Notes: generated from the sequence alone by a model not told the origin. A stretch of DNA of 63,737 nt, filler included, from Octopus bimaculoides (GCF_001194135.2; 4 parts of 4 records of this genome joined end to end with filler, not necessarily neighbours in it), one strand, 5' to 3'; shown: positions 40,440 through 52,443, counted from the first letter of the whole stretch. Numbers and translations: made by a program.

Positions 40440-41240
40440 AATCTCTATAAGTGTTTTGTACTTGTCTACATAATTGTATTTGTCACATTTCATTCTTGCC
40501 CAAAACTTGTGTTGATTTTCTTATTCTGTTATGTTTATACATGCTGGCAATTTTTGCTGTACCAGTGGCATTCGAATTTTTGTATATAACACGCACATTT
40601 ATGTTTGTGCGTGTGCCCGATGAAGGTGCAGCAGATTTTTTTTCAGTGATTTTCAGAAACATGTACAACGTTACAATATCATTAGCCACAATTATATATT
40701 TTTTTATATACACTGCTTGTCTATTGACTATTTTTTCGTCATAAGGCAATTTCATAGTTTGGAAAAAGAGAATTATTCAATTCCTAAATAAAGTATTCTG
40801 TTTGTAATAAACTTTAAAATGCCTATGTATTTCTTCATTGTCAGGTATAAATGTTTCTTCAAAATAAGAATTTTCTCAAATACAAAGATACTGTCTTCAA
40901 CCTCTTACCCTATTTACATGCCTTTGCAACAATAAAATAGAAGATTTCCAAAGGTGTCTTATGAAACACATCCCAGGCGTCTGACTGATTCCAATAAACT
41001 TATCAATTTCTTGATGGGCAAATTTAACAAGTTTTTATCTATGAATATTTTCGTCTTTTTCATGGACAAAGTTTCTCATACTTTTTCAATTTCTGCTGTC
41101 GAATACATTTTGTCATCTACCAACACTATTCTTATATTTTTCTTACTTCTTGTAACTGGAGGAAGGGGAAATACCCATGACTATTCGGGCCTTCCTGTAG
41201 GAGTCAGATTGATTCAAATAATGTTCTTTGTGAACCTTTG
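40440..41240 (-). pseudogene. Possible decayed coding relic of unknown family
   Basis: Long K/N/E-rich minus-strand stretches broken by few stops (e.g. FEETFIPDNEEIHRHFKVYYKQ...*...MKLPYDEKIVNRQ...GKNEM); no motif recognised. Confidence 0.2.
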
Positions 41241-41906
41241 TAAATCAACACACGCAGAAAATATATGAGCAGAGAGGAGATTCTAAAGGGCCTGCATTCT
41301 TAGAAATAAGAACGCGAGAGGGGAGATTAATGTGGAGACGAGAGATTAGGAAGTAGGAGCAACTGTGATGAGAAGAAGGCACACAAACAAGCAAGTNNNN
41401 NNNNNNNNNNNNNNNNNNNNNNNNNNNNNNNNNNNNNNNNNNNNNNNNNNNNNNNNNNNNNNNNNNNNNNNNNNNNNNNNNNNNNNNNNNNNNNNNNNNN
41501 NNNNNNNNNNNNNNNNNNNNNNNNNNNNNNNNNNNNNNNNNNNNNNNNNNNNNNNNNNNNNNNNNNNNNNNNNNNNNNNNNNNNNNNNNNNNNNNNNNNN
41601 NNNNNNNNNNNNNNNNNNNNNNNNNNNNNNNNNNNNNNNNNNNNNNNNNNNNNNNNNNNNNNNNNNNNNNNNNNNNNNNNNNNNNNNNNNNNNNNNNNNN
41701 NNNNNNNNNNNNNNNNNNNNNNNNNNNNNNNNNNNNNNNNNNNNNNNNNNNNNNNNNNNNNNNNNNNNNNNNNNNNNNNNNNNNNNNNNNNNNNNNNNNN
41801 NNNNNNNNNNNNNNNNNNNNNNNNNNNNNNNNNNNNNNNNNNNNNNNNNNNNNNNNNNNNNNNNNNNNNNNNNNNNNNNNNNNNNNNNNNNNNNNNNNNN
41901 NNNNNN

Positions 41907-41959
<53 letters not shown>

Positions 41960-42376
41960 TTGTTGTACAGCGTATTGTAAATCTGTATGTTATCTGATAT
42001 TTTTCTACGTGACGTTTATTTGTTTTATCCTGGAATTGGTTTTAAGTAATGCGATATTCTCTGCATAATCTTCAAACTCATTATTATTCATCACCCGTTT
42101 CATTGGTGAATTGTCTCAAAAACATGAGATCATACTTTATTATTACGTCACGAGTATATTCGAACGATGATTCACATCGAGAATGTGACTTAAAAAATTT
42201 GGACAGATTATAATTTTATACTTGAACTAGGAAAGTGAGATTTGAACCTATATCATTCAAGGTATCACCGAAGTTGTCTAACACCCAAGTTTTCTTCTTC
42301 CATCCAAAGGCATTATGTATATATATGTGTGTTTATGTGTGTGCGTGTGTGCATATATATATATATNNNNNNNNNN

Positions 42377-42416
<40 letters not shown>

Positions 42417-43585
42417 CGTAATATATGATTTTCAACGAAGTGTGGCCTCCTATAAAGGACAGTGCTATTGAGGCATATAACCCTGGGAAGACATCTCTTC
42501 CAGCGACTAACGATACACATTCTGTGTCCGATTAGTATTTCGAGGGGAGGTCATCGCTCCCATGTCTCACCTTATGTGATACACACGGCCTCGAGTTTCT
42601 GGGTGGTTACTAGCCTGTGATTGACACACGCTGATGATAGATAACCACGAAGTATTTTGCGCTATTAATTTATTTACTTTATTTCAATACATGCTATAGT
42701 ATTTAGATTTCTCTAACGTTTCCTGCAATGTTAACTGAAAATAAAAGATACTTTTTTTTTTTCGGGCTATTTAGGAACTAAATTGTTCAAGAATTTTTCC
42801 ATTGTATTTATTTCTTTATACAAGTATACCTAACATAGTTTTAGATTTCTTTTAATTCATTAAAAGATATATTATATTTAGATGCGTGCCAATTATTTGC
42901 TTAGTTTGCATAAAAATATAAAGGATAAAATTTGAGTTTTTGCAGTCAATATATTAATGTAAAAATAGTTTTAAACTATAGTAATGACATACAGCACAAG
43001 ACGAGCACGTATGATTTGATCGTTACTTACATTCATATATACATACACACATATATAAATAATTACATACATATCAGTATTTATGAAAATACTGATGTAT
43101 TTTTGCATACATGTTAACGCCTTTTTCATTTATATAACCGTTACATGTTTTACATATATTAGCTGTTTTAGCGGACTGCAGCACTGAATTGTTTTAATGA
43201 CATGTATTACCCTCAGCCCTTTTTTCAGCCTAGTATTTACTTCACCGGGTGCCATGTTGTGGTGGAAGATAAATACAAGGACACCCACCATATACACAGC
43301 GAAAGTTTGTCACTGGAAAAAGCTGATATTATTTTGCGAGTGGAATGAGTTTTCGTCAGTAGCTTGTAATTAACACGCGCTGAAGATGGGTAATCACCCA
43401 GAAACTCGAGTCCGTGTGTATCACATAAGCCTAGAGATCGGAGTGATGACCTCCCCTGGCAAATACTAATCGGATACAGAACGTGTGTTGTTAGCCAGCT
43501 GGAAGAGATGTTTTCCTGGGGCTATAAACGAAAGTAGCACGGTCCATTATAGGACGCCACACTTCGTTGGCAATTATATGTTACG
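42417..43585 (+). mobile_element. Non-autonomous hammerhead-bearing element (Penelope-like/retrozyme-like architecture)
   Basis: 42417-42610 is an inverted copy of 43391-43585; 42611-42648 is a truncated direct copy of 43360-43398; non-coding body; full HHR at 43373-43419; no TSD seen. Confidence 0.7.
43362..43430 (+). ncRNA. Type I hammerhead ribozyme with intact core
   Basis: acacgcg-CTGAAGA-tgggt-aatc-accca-GAAA-CTCGAG-TC-cgtgtgt. Stem I 7 bp plus a bulged distal extension (tgtaat/atcaca, gct/agc); stem II 5 bp; palindromic stem III ACTCGAGT; predicted cleavage after C43412. Confidence 0.8.
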
Positions 43586-43730
43586 ATTCCGTATTGCTAG
43601 TGTCTATAGGTCGCTCAGAGATTTAATATAGCCTGTATATATATATATATAATGTTCATCTTTAAATTATGAAATTTCTACTTTTCTAATTTGCTAACGT
43701 TTTGTATTTTATATCTTTAACGCTGCTTTG

Positions 43731-43776
<46 letters not shown>

Positions 43777-44132
43777 ATCTTTCTTTCTCTATTTCTCTCT
43801 CTCTTTCTCTCTCTCTCTCCCCAAAAAGTGCATTTCGTATTGAAAGATCTTATGAAGCTATAGGATGTTACCCACCGATTCAACAAACGGTCCACCAAAT
43901 CATACACCAGAAACAGCTATAAGCTGATAGAGTTCATAAAATAACCCTTATCATTTTCCCGACGTCATCTCTTTATTCCTATTAGCATTCTATAATCATC
44001 TAACAATACTTGTATTGAGTTCTATACCAGGTTATTAGTCCCGCTACGCCTAAGCGAAATACCTAAGCAATTTTCACATACATATATATATATATTTTTT
44101 TCATTCTCTTTCTGTTTATTTTCTCTTATTCC

Positions 44133-44167
44133 TTTCTGCTGAAGAGCGGGGGCTCAAAACTTAGAAG
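44133..44167 (+). ncRNA. Decayed minimal HHR-like motif
   Basis: ttt-CTGCTGA-a-gagc-gggg-gctc-AAAAC-TTA-gaa; stem II intact, core altered (A6C, G12A); downstream ttcccgagc is shared with the 52738 copy. Confidence 0.3.
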
Positions 44168-44189
44168 ACGCTTTCATTTTCCCGAGCAT

Positions 44190-44266
<77 letters not shown>

Positions 44267-44271
44267 CGTTG

Positions 44272-44304
44272 TTCTACGTTTCGAACGAAGCTCTTCTTCA
44301 GAAA
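44272..44304 (-). ncRNA. Minimal type I HHR motif with intact core
   Basis: Minus strand ttt-CTGAAGA-a-gagc-ttc-gttc-GAAA-CG-TA-gaa; palindromic ACGT stem III; 3-bp stem I. Confidence 0.55.
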
Positions 44305-44465
44305 TAGAACCGGAGACATAGGAAAGTCCAAAAGAAAAGGAAGACGGAGGACANNNNNNNNNNNNNNNNNNNNNNNNNNNNNNNNNNNNNNNNNNNNNNN
44401 NNNNNNNNNNNNNNNNNNNNNNNNNNNNNNNNNNNNNNNNNNNNNNNNNNNNNNNNNNNNNNNNN

Positions 44466-44500
<35 letters not shown>

Positions 44501-45219
44501 TATAATTATCCACCAAACTCTCAATTCATTGATATTTACTATGAAATCTTTTGAAAACATTGTATCATCTCCTTGGTCATACTTTTATATTGATCTTAGT
44601 TTTGTGTAAGTCAATTGTTATAAACAACTTCAATTGTTTTAATTGTTGTAATGAATTGTTATAAACAAATTCAAAACTTATCGCTTCTTATAAGACGAAG
44701 GATGAAGACAAGATTCAATATTGTTTTATTCAGAAAATAATTCCTGTTCCATTGCACCGGAATAGTTTTGACTGCGCAATGTGTTATTTAGGTAGCGAGT
44801 TGAGATCATTTAAGTCACTTAATATGCGCACCCTGTCACTTTCTCCCGCTATCCTGCCCTGAACACTTCTAATTCTTCACCATCCTTCTACCCTCCCCAG
44901 GAACCCGCTACATTCAAAGTCCCCTTATCTTAATGTATCTAGTGGTTACGAACGCACACTCACTTGTCATCCGAAATGATAAGCTATTCTCTAATAACGA
45001 AATAGAACAGAGATTAGCATTATTAACTTTCCATTATGCGGGAACATATTGATAAGGAATATGCATGACATCGCTTCGCTCCTCACTGTTCATCATACGC
45101 ATGACGATATACTACTGATTTTTCAATGCTTTACGTTTTCTTAGATCCACTTAATCAATTATGTTGACTATGTCTGCAGTTTCCAAGTATTGTATTCATA
45201 TAGTATTTACATAGTGTTC

Positions 45220-45263
<44 letters not shown>

Positions 45264-45882
45264 CACTATTTAGCTTCTCCATAGCAACCAGATAGGTCTG
45301 GATTTACATCTCAATAATGCATCGTATATATTATAAATACGCTGTTATTCGTTATGCTCCAGATTTTTCCCTGAAGGGAAAATAGTTCTCTTGTGAAATG
45401 ACTAAGTGCAGAATATTATATAAGTAACTTAACTGAACGTGAAACTGAAAGACTGTTCAATGTTTATAATTCTGCATTTGATTCACATAATATAATACTG
45501 CAATAGGATTCCCACATTGCAGTATATTATCTCTTTATACATTACTACATATCTCTCAAATTCAAATATCATTTCAATTATAGTGTAAGATATCTTTATA
45601 CATTATCAAAGCTTTTAGTTGGAGGTATACTTTCTACAATTTCGAAAGACAAAGAAGGCTTTAAAAAAGAACTACTACAAACGATTCCATTGAATATATT
45701 TGAATTTAGCTCATGCTCATTCAATTTAGAACAAAAGCTATTTAAGTTTGAACAATATAATGATGCTGATAAATGTTAGTTTCTAAAAGATATTTTGCAA
45801 GTTATTAGTTATAGATTTAGAGAAGCGCTACTATATAAATTTTTGATATATTAAAAATAAATTTTAGGTTTTTGCAGGACAT

Positions 45883-46045
45883 ATTCTTTTTCTTTTATTT
45901 GCTTCAGTCTTTTGACTGCGGTCATGGTGAAGCACCGCATTTAATCGAACAAATCAACCCCAGGACTATTCCTTCTAAGCATAGTACATATCATATCAGT
46001 CTCTTTTGCCGAACCGCTCAGTTACGGGGACAAACACAGACACAC
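45883..46045 (-). mobile_element. SINE family A 3' half
   Basis: tgcttcagtcttttgactgcggtcatggtgaagcaccgc...gccgaaccgctcagttacggggac. Confidence 0.8.
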
Positions 46046-46054
46046 ATACTCACG

Positions 46055-46132
<78 letters not shown>

Positions 46133-46439
46133 CACGTATAGATCATTTCCCGATCACTTGACAGAATCATTACAATTGTAAACGAATGCGTATATTCAGC
46201 CACAACCATTTGCTTTGTAAGTCCAGAATCTGCAGGTGCCAACTTTAACTTTCTGGAGCTGATAAAATACAGTAACCATTCAAATATTATGTTCGATATA
46301 ATGTTGACTGTATTAGTAGGTAAGCCTAAAATAAGAAGTAAGGTCGGTCTGCGTGAGAAATAACTCTCAATCTTAAATAATCATACCAGAAGACAATCCT
46401 CTATTTTCCTAACATGAAGGATCTAGAAGAAGAGACATA

Positions 46440-46850
46440 ATGTTTGCAGAGTTTTGAAACAACTGATGCCGTTGATTTTCTGTTTAAACCGCTTGAAATT
46501 GGCACCAGTAGGAAAAGCATGACCTAGGAAAAGATTCCCGATACTTTATGATATTCGGGGAGAGAAAGACTAATCCTATTCATTTCTGCAAGTCTGGAGC
46601 TGGTGAGGATAGCATGCGTGACGAGAGGAGGGAAGCCGAGGAGATTGATGTTGCCTAAGTGTATTAGATATAAAATTCTAAGGAGCAGACGCCATTATAG
46701 TAGCGATAAAAAGATGTGAAATTGGAAGCCCACGCCTTTGTGTTTGAAGATGGAGATCTCCATGGTAACTTTATGCCAATAATTCGATTGAATGTTTATT
46801 GAACAGGGTTCAGGATGTCTGCATACGTAGAAGCAGCATCAGCATCATCC
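46440..46850 (-). mobile_element. Decayed 3' part of a CR1/L2-type LINE ORF2
   Basis: Minus-strand pieces SFYRYYNGVCSLE, YRESFPRS..., NFKRFKQKINGIS match the CR1-type C-terminal motifs LFYRYY.G.CS, SFFPRT and FK..IN. Confidence 0.75.
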
Positions 46851-47498
46851 CGGATTGTTATTACAGAATTGTTCTCAGAAAGAACATGCTGAAGCGAAGA
46901 TTTTCTGCGCTATGTATATTATTTCTGTGCTGTGCATGGGCAGTTTAGAAATGCATTGCACCAGTTTTTTTGTTTTTCAAGAGCTGTGTGTATGTTTCTT
47001 CTTTCTTGCTATCGTCTCATATTATTTAATACAAAACAATAAAAGAAATAACCACAACTCAATATCTAAATTCAATATAATTCTATTAGAACTCAAATCG
47101 ACTTCTTTAAATCGGTAATTTCGGTATAGGGTATTATTTATGAATTACAAATTAGATGGAACTGATTGGATTAAAGCAAATTTAAATCCTCCTGGTAATT
47201 TTTATAGGCCATTCTTGCATGATTTATATAAAATAACATTTTACTAAGGGGCTAAGCATAGCTATAGGATTTTCAGGTGAGACTTGAAACTTAACAAATC
47301 TAATAACATTAATATTGTGACAAATTCATTTAAAACAAAATTCGCTGATGTTTTAATGAAACAGATAATAAATGTAATCTTTTAATTTAGGAGTTAAATG
47401 AAATGCTTTGGAAATGGAAATAGACTGCATCTTACAGTACTGGTCTTAAATATGGGATACTGAAATGTTATCAGTTGCTCTACACTAATTGTTTTCAG

Positions 47499-47640
47499 GA
47501 TGATAGATATATATCTCTTCTGTTGTTCATATGCAGTTTCATGCCAACTCTGATCAAGACAACATACTATGAAAGCATTTTAGATGCGACAGTTCACATT
47601 GACGTCACACTCGATAATATAATTTTAACTTTATTATCCA
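47499..47640 (+). CDS. Candidate exon of an unidentified gene
   Basis: Acceptor ctaattgttttcAG, donor GTATGT; one open frame DDRYISLLLFICSFMPTLIKTTYYESILDATVHIDVTLDNIILTLLS; no homology recognised. Confidence 0.2.
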
Positions 47641-47911
47641 GTATGTCATTTCAAATTTTCTGTCAACAAGGATGATGTGAGAAAGAATTAGTTGATATTT
47701 CATGCTAATCGGGCGACTACTTTGAGACCTTAGTTAGACGAGACTTTTCTTCTAACTTTAGGTTCTGAGTTCCAATTTTACGTTCGTCATTGACAATCAC
47801 TATTTCAGGCTCAATAAAATAATCACCATTGAACTAGCAGTCAAATATTGGAATCGACATAATTGACTACTCCCCTCACCCAATATGGCAAGCCTTGTGG
47901 CTATAGTAAAA

Positions 47912-47973
<62 letters not shown>

Positions 47974-48844
47974 TACTACTACTACTGCTACTACTAAGGC
48001 GGTGAGCTGCCAGAATCGTTAGCATTGCAACTGTTTTGTTTGTGCAGATGGTTTTAATGTTATTTTAGCGTATAACATGTATGTGCAAAATCATTGCTTC
48101 ACAAATGTACCATAAAATACTATTTCTACCTGAACTCGCATCCATTAATTAATTTGGAATTTATGATGTTCTTACATCAAAAGAAGGAAGTATTCTAGAA
48201 GTAATATATTGCGCCTTCATATTACTGCTATATTGATTTAAGAAGTTTATTCTCTTAAAATACTTAAACCTATCTAAAATAACCAATTTTTATTTACTCT
48301 TATTTTAAACTGAACTTTTTATATACAATCGCAGTAGCTTCATCATTTGATAGGATTCTGCAATATATTCGTAAACAGGGTGCTGTGTTCAAGGATAGAA
48401 CATCAATTTAATTTGAAAGTATAATATTCAGAGAACTTGATATTTTTGTTGTGTTTTTAGCTTTACCTGCTCATCTGATATCGGATTAATCAGATCGATA
48501 GTTAACACACATGGCAGAGACTCTTCACTAGTCGAGGTTTTAAAGGTAGTACGGAACTGAGTTCTAACATATTGGTCGTATTTAAGATCATTCAATGAGA
48601 AGTAATATTCGACCAAATGTCATATTAACTTATTTGCTCTCACAATCCGTAAGGTAAACACATTGACATGAAATATAAAAAGATAATCATTATCTTTTAA
48701 TTCGTAACATTAATCAACTGGGAAGTATCGCCAGGCCAGATATCTAATATTGTCAGGTCCGTAACACAGGGTGTGTGTAGAATAAGCACTTTGAAGAAAA
48801 TGCATAGAAAACCTTGGAAAGAATTTCAAAACTACGTTCATCGG

Positions 48845-48910
48845 TTACTCTTTTACTCTTTTACTTGTTTCAGTCAGTTGACTGCGGCCATGCTGGAGCA
48901 CCGCCTTTAG
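48845..48910 (-). mobile_element. SINE family A extreme 3' fragment
   Basis: tactcttttactcttttacttgtttcagtcagttgactgcggccatgctggagcaccgcctttag. Confidence 0.8.
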
Positions 48911-50039
48911 GTTGCAAATAATTTCTATATTCAGTTGAAAATTTCAGCACAATCATATTTCTAAAGCGTGTAATAAATATAACAGAAGACACGTTATTTC
49001 ATTCACGCGTACTCATTTATACAAATCAAAATATTCAGTTCTTCATTAAAATTCCATGGATGAATATTCATTTTAACTGAAACAAACGTATGAAACGTTA
49101 AACATGAGATTTTAATCCGTGAAATTATTCAAGTATTGATCATTAATTTTTATTTCTTTTGACTATATAATGAAACTCTTCCGAAGAAGCAAAGTCTTGC
49201 TGCGAACTTCATATTTTAATTCATTACAGCATTTGATCGGCAGAACTACTAGAGTTAAGGAAAAAATGTAACACTTCTGTTCTCTGGCAATTTCAACACA
49301 ATCATATTTCTAAAGTGTGTAATAAATATATCACAAGAAACACTAATGTTATTTTTTAGTTTCACCCGTCAAAGATTGATGATAAATGGTACCCCTAAAG
49401 TACTTAGAGCAATTTGAGATACAAACGAAATTATAAACAAAATATTAGACTGAAATTATGTTTCTTTGAGAACGGAAATCGAAAGACACACTCGAAGATT
49501 GTACTTATGATGTCGCACAAAATATTCCAATGTAAGTTATTCTGAAGATATATCAGTAAAGATACAACTGCTATTATATAAATACAATATGAACATCATC
49601 CGTGAGGCAATAACATAGTAATCCTTACTCTAACAGATGTGAATTATTGCCGTGCGACATATCACATCAGATACGTTGACTTGTACTATTAACCACACTT
49701 GCCTACGGCAAAGACTCTAATATAAAGGCTAATCAGATCGTCTCCATAAGCTATTCTTTCATTTTAAGCAAGTAAACGATAAATTAGATAATTTCCTACA
49801 TACGCTATACTTTCAAACAAAGATAAAATTATCAGAGACGCAACACCCTTGATTATAGGTCAGTAGATAAACAGAAGCAAATCTATTCAAAGATCATAAT
49901 TCCAATTATACTTCATACTTCAGAATGGTACATTTAAAAAAAAATGTTATGGCGTCTGTCATTCTCTTGGCATGTCATTCTTCAGGAGATGAAAGGGAGA
50001 TATCGTATCAAATTAAGCAAAACACTAATTACTTAGTTG

Positions 50040-50700
50040 CTTAAGTGTATATGTAGAATCATGTTCATTTTACAGCAATGTTGTAATGGCCTGGAGGTAG
50101 GGATTGTACCAGTAGCTTCCGTACATCGTCTACGACTGTTGGGTAGACTGGTTAACATTCTTCTTAAACAGTTGCAAGAAAACTTGGAGACCATGGAATT
50201 ACACGGGTCCTGGAGAGGAAGAAATGGCAAAGATTTTAGTAAGGAACTTGGAATAAAGGCACAATACGCATAACGCAAGGAGACAAGGTGGTTAGTAAGT
50301 GCTGGAATAGGAATGACACGAGTCAGTTCTGAGGAACAGAAGATAGTCTTAATGTCGCTGGAAAAGCAGAGAGAAAACAACAGCAAATCAATGGTCAAAA
50401 GGTGTAAATGTATTGGTGTGCGATTTTATGCTCATCATCCGAGTCACCATTTTTTTGTGTTGGCGGTTTGGATGTATGCTTAAATGTGTAACTTCGGCAC
50501 CGTTTCAGATGTGGAAGCGGTTCTTCATTAAAATCTTGCCTGATCTTTGCACAGAGCAGTTGTTAGGAGGTGGAGTATTTTGTTTTCTTCAAGATGAAAA
50601 CCAAACCTTGTGATACAGTATTCGGTATGTTGAGGATTTGTGGAAACATTTAGAATTCCACTACGGTGATTAACTGTTGTACGACATAGTTACCTTGAAA
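50040..50700 (-). mobile_element. Decayed CR1/L2-type LINE ORF2 fragment
   Basis: Frameshifted minus-strand pieces KKTKYSTS*QLL, HI*NGAEVTHLSI and IPTSRPLQHCCK echo the post-RT motifs YFT..QLL.LYK, HIW.GA...HL and SLQHRR. Confidence 0.6.
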
Positions 50701-51355
50701 ATGTAGGGATTTTACCTTGTTGGTGTTCAAGGATGCAATATAGACTTGAACCCTAATATTCTTGTTTAGTGTTGCATTAAAACAATCGTAGGATATTACA
50801 TAACATGCATAGACTGACCGATGACGTTGAAAATATGAGGTTATAAACCAATCGCTGCATTTAGCTCATATTTCGGAGAAGAGATCTATATTTACGGAAC
50901 ATTAGAGTTTTCCAGCATTCCATACGCATTAATTGTTTTGTTGTAGAGGCTGTTGTTATCGGTGTTTTTGTATACCTCAAGTATATAATTAAAGTAGAAC
51001 TATAATCAATGTTCTCAATCATGATCATTCCATCTTACTTTCAGATAATATATCTAATGTGATCTTCCTTTTTTTAATCCACCATCCGTTTTTCTTTTTT
51101 TTTTTTTTTCAATAATGATCTAATTAAGACCACTCACCCAACGCGCCCTTACTGTTTTACAAAGAATAATTGTGTCATTGTATGATATGGTAAATATAAA
51201 TCTGAACGGACTTTGGCGCAGAAGAGTCCAACGAGAATATTTAATATGACGAAGAGGTATTTTTGTTTTGTTTTGATACAAGTTTTTAATCTCAAAATGA
51301 AGTCAAAGAAAGTTTAAAATATAGTAATCAAGTGTATACCTTAAATTTACTGTAG

Positions 51356-51404
51356 CATATTTCAATCTTTGTGGTGTCTATATATCGAAGAATTATAATT
51401 TCAG
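51356..51404 (+). CDS. Candidate exon (phase 1 to 2)
   Basis: tactgtAG...CAG|GTATGT; reads YFNLCGVYISKNYNF; frame-compatible with neighbouring candidates. Confidence 0.3.
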
Positions 51405-51540
51405 GTATGTCATATATTGACTGAATATCATCCCACAGAAGCAGGAAGGGACGACGAATCAGGTGTTAATAAGTTCTGACGGCATGCTGTGGTATCAGGG
51501 TACGTGCTCTTACTTTTCATGTAAAACTTCAGTATTGCAG

Positions 51541-51596
51541 GTCTCATTCAACTGATCGTTACAAGGTCATTAATGCTCTCCCGAAAGACATGATAT
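51541..51596 (+). CDS. Candidate exon (phase 2 to 1)
   Basis: tattgcAG acceptor, GTAAGC donor; reads (R)SHSTDRYKVINALPKDMI. Confidence 0.3.
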
Positions 51597-51844
51597 GTAA
51601 GCTTTCAATTTCTCGTTTCAAAAATATCTAAAGCTTCATTCATATTTTCATATCATATTTCGTTATTAAGAGGATAAAGTGAGAATAAGAGGATAAGCAC
51701 GATATATTTTACAAGAATTTTTTGTATGGTAATCATTGCTGTGATCACACTTGGCTACAAATGTACACTCTTCAATTCAATGATAAAATTCAGAGAAGAG
51801 TTTCAATATCTAGATCTACATAACATTTTTTTCTTCTTTAATAG

Positions 51845-51867
51845 TGCAATTTGCCGAGAAACAGTAA
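51845..51867 (+). CDS. Candidate terminal coding exon
   Basis: Strong acceptor ttttttcttctttaatAG; reads (L)QFAEKQ*; AATAAA at 52221-52226. Confidence 0.25.
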
Positions 51868-52407
51868 CTGTCATTCATAATGCTTCATTAATATTCCACT
51901 AGATAACATTTCAAAAGAAAGTTATGTTCTTCAAGTTGACATATTCCCAAGCCGATAGTTTATTTCCTGTTGAAATGATACACGTTCGCTAATATATAGA
52001 AAAGAATTCTTCTTATAGCTGCGAAGTTGAAATATGTCATATCAAAATTATTTTCAATATCCCTTTGATAATTTGAAAACAAAAGTCTTCAATAATGCAA
52101 AACACTATGAACAAAAAAGAAACATTTATATGGAACAAAATTAAATTATTTACAAAAGTTTGAAATTATGAGATGTAAGAAATGTAGAACTTAATTATTA
52201 AATAATGTTGTTCTGTTTATAATAAAATTACATTTAGTGTATTTGTATTATTGTTGTGTAAATCGGAAATAAGATTCAAGTTAGTCGCGTTTGTAAGTAG
52301 TTTTTGATTTCCGTTTGAACCTAGTATTGATGTACATTCATTCGTGAAAGACGTAACCAATACCAGTGTGCGTATATATACAAATATATACACATGTTTA
52401 CATATGC

Positions 52408-52443
<36 letters not shown>

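Noticed and set aside
51440-51565. Faint resemblance of LISSDGMLWYQGTCSYFSCKTSVLQVSFN to the Cys-loop receptor beta5-Cys-loop region
   Set aside because: Spacing is off, the PP and FPFD motifs are missing, a stop follows, and the segment lies in the predicted intron of the candidate exon chain.
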